From contig MU056000.1 of the NCBI GenBank assembly GCA_013239625.1, forward strand, positions 10,365,175-10,429,174: 64,000 bases of DNA, read 5' to 3'. A program made the position numbers and the translations under genes. Shown in pieces: positions 63,401-64,000 of the stretch (positions are counted from its first letter, which is position 1; each line of letters begins with the position of its first letter). A model generated the notes under the pieces. It was not told where the DNA came from and made no database searches. It saw nothing but the letters and a program-made list of their open reading frames with translations. Source of the DNA: Lama guanicoe. Taxonomy: Eukaryota.

Positions 63401-64000
63401 GAGCCCTCACTGCACAAGTAAAGGGTGTTTTCCTTCCCATCCTTTCCGTCCCAGGTCTGAGGAAGATGAACATGGCTGCTTCTCAGTTTTGAGGATATTC
63501 CTGGCTCTGTATTTCCCTGGAGGCCACCCCAGGGGTGAGAGCCCTGAATTTTGGGAGCATGCCCGTTCACAGAGTTAGGGCTCTAGGTACTGCAGGGTTT
63601 ATAGGAAGTTGCTAGGACTACTTATTAATTGGGGTTCTTGGTCCCAACTTTTGCTTCACGTAGCAAGCTGTTGGGTGTGGTGGAAAACAGCGCTTGAGTC
63701 AGGACCCAAGTTCTAGACATTGTTCTGCCCAGGACTGTGTGCCTAGAATCCACCACAGCTACGGACTTCTGGATCTTTGTCCACAGATTGAGGCCATCGG
63801 GCTGGCTGATACTCGAGACCCTTCCCAGTCTAGAAATTAACGTACCTCCCACTCTCACAAGTTTGGAGAATGAACTCATTTTTCAGTCTTTCTGCACCTT
63901 CCATTATTATAGAATTAGCCAAATATTTCCTGTGGGTGTATTCATCTGAACTTTTTATTATGTGACTTTCTTCCCTTCTCCCTGCCTTATTTTGGCAGAG

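Noticed and set aside
62193..63570. Long overlapping ORFs (262, 310 and 194 aa)
   Set aside because: Expected scarcity of stop codons in a GC-rich CpG island; low-complexity Arg/Pro/Gly/Ala translation with no recognisable domain
63960..64000. Pyrimidine tract plus CAG at the window end as a possible OTULINL exon 2 acceptor
   Set aside because: Only 2 nt follow it, so it cannot be tested from this window
1..64000. Prokaryote-type systems (CRISPR arrays, operons, defence islands)
   Set aside because: The sequence is mammalian, with spliceosomal introns; no repeat-spacer array or bacterial-like gene was seen

Overview
Mammalian genomic DNA, very probably camelid (three copies of the tRNA-derived Vic-1-type SINE plus young L1 3' ends). 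Bases 1-~24.7 kb are the 3' end of TRIO on the + strand: 15 coding exons recovered with GT-AG boundaries, covering the end of DH2, PH2, a Pro/Ser linker, SH3-2, the Ig domain and the kinase. The stop is at 22908-22910, followed by a 3'UTR with several poly(A) signals and a 22-nt N gap. Bases ~24.7-62.3 kb are repeat-rich intergenic DNA (old and young L1, MIR, L2, LTRs, hAT relics). Bases ~62.4-63.4 kb hold the CpG-island promoter and first coding exon of OTULINL (FAM105A), + strand. I see no new gene or multi-gene system. The best leads are in TRIO RNA processing: (1) a perfect 5' splice site rebuilt at an exon junction (recursive-splicing candidate) whose acceptor abuts an L1 fragment; (2) an isoform-switch region after PH2, with an internal donor, an intron read-through stop, a phase-matched candidate terminal exon and QKI/RBFOX motifs; (3) an apparent frameshift in the large GC-rich exon, probably an assembly error. 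Gene and repeat names come from recalled sequence similarity, not from a search, and repeat boundaries are approximate.
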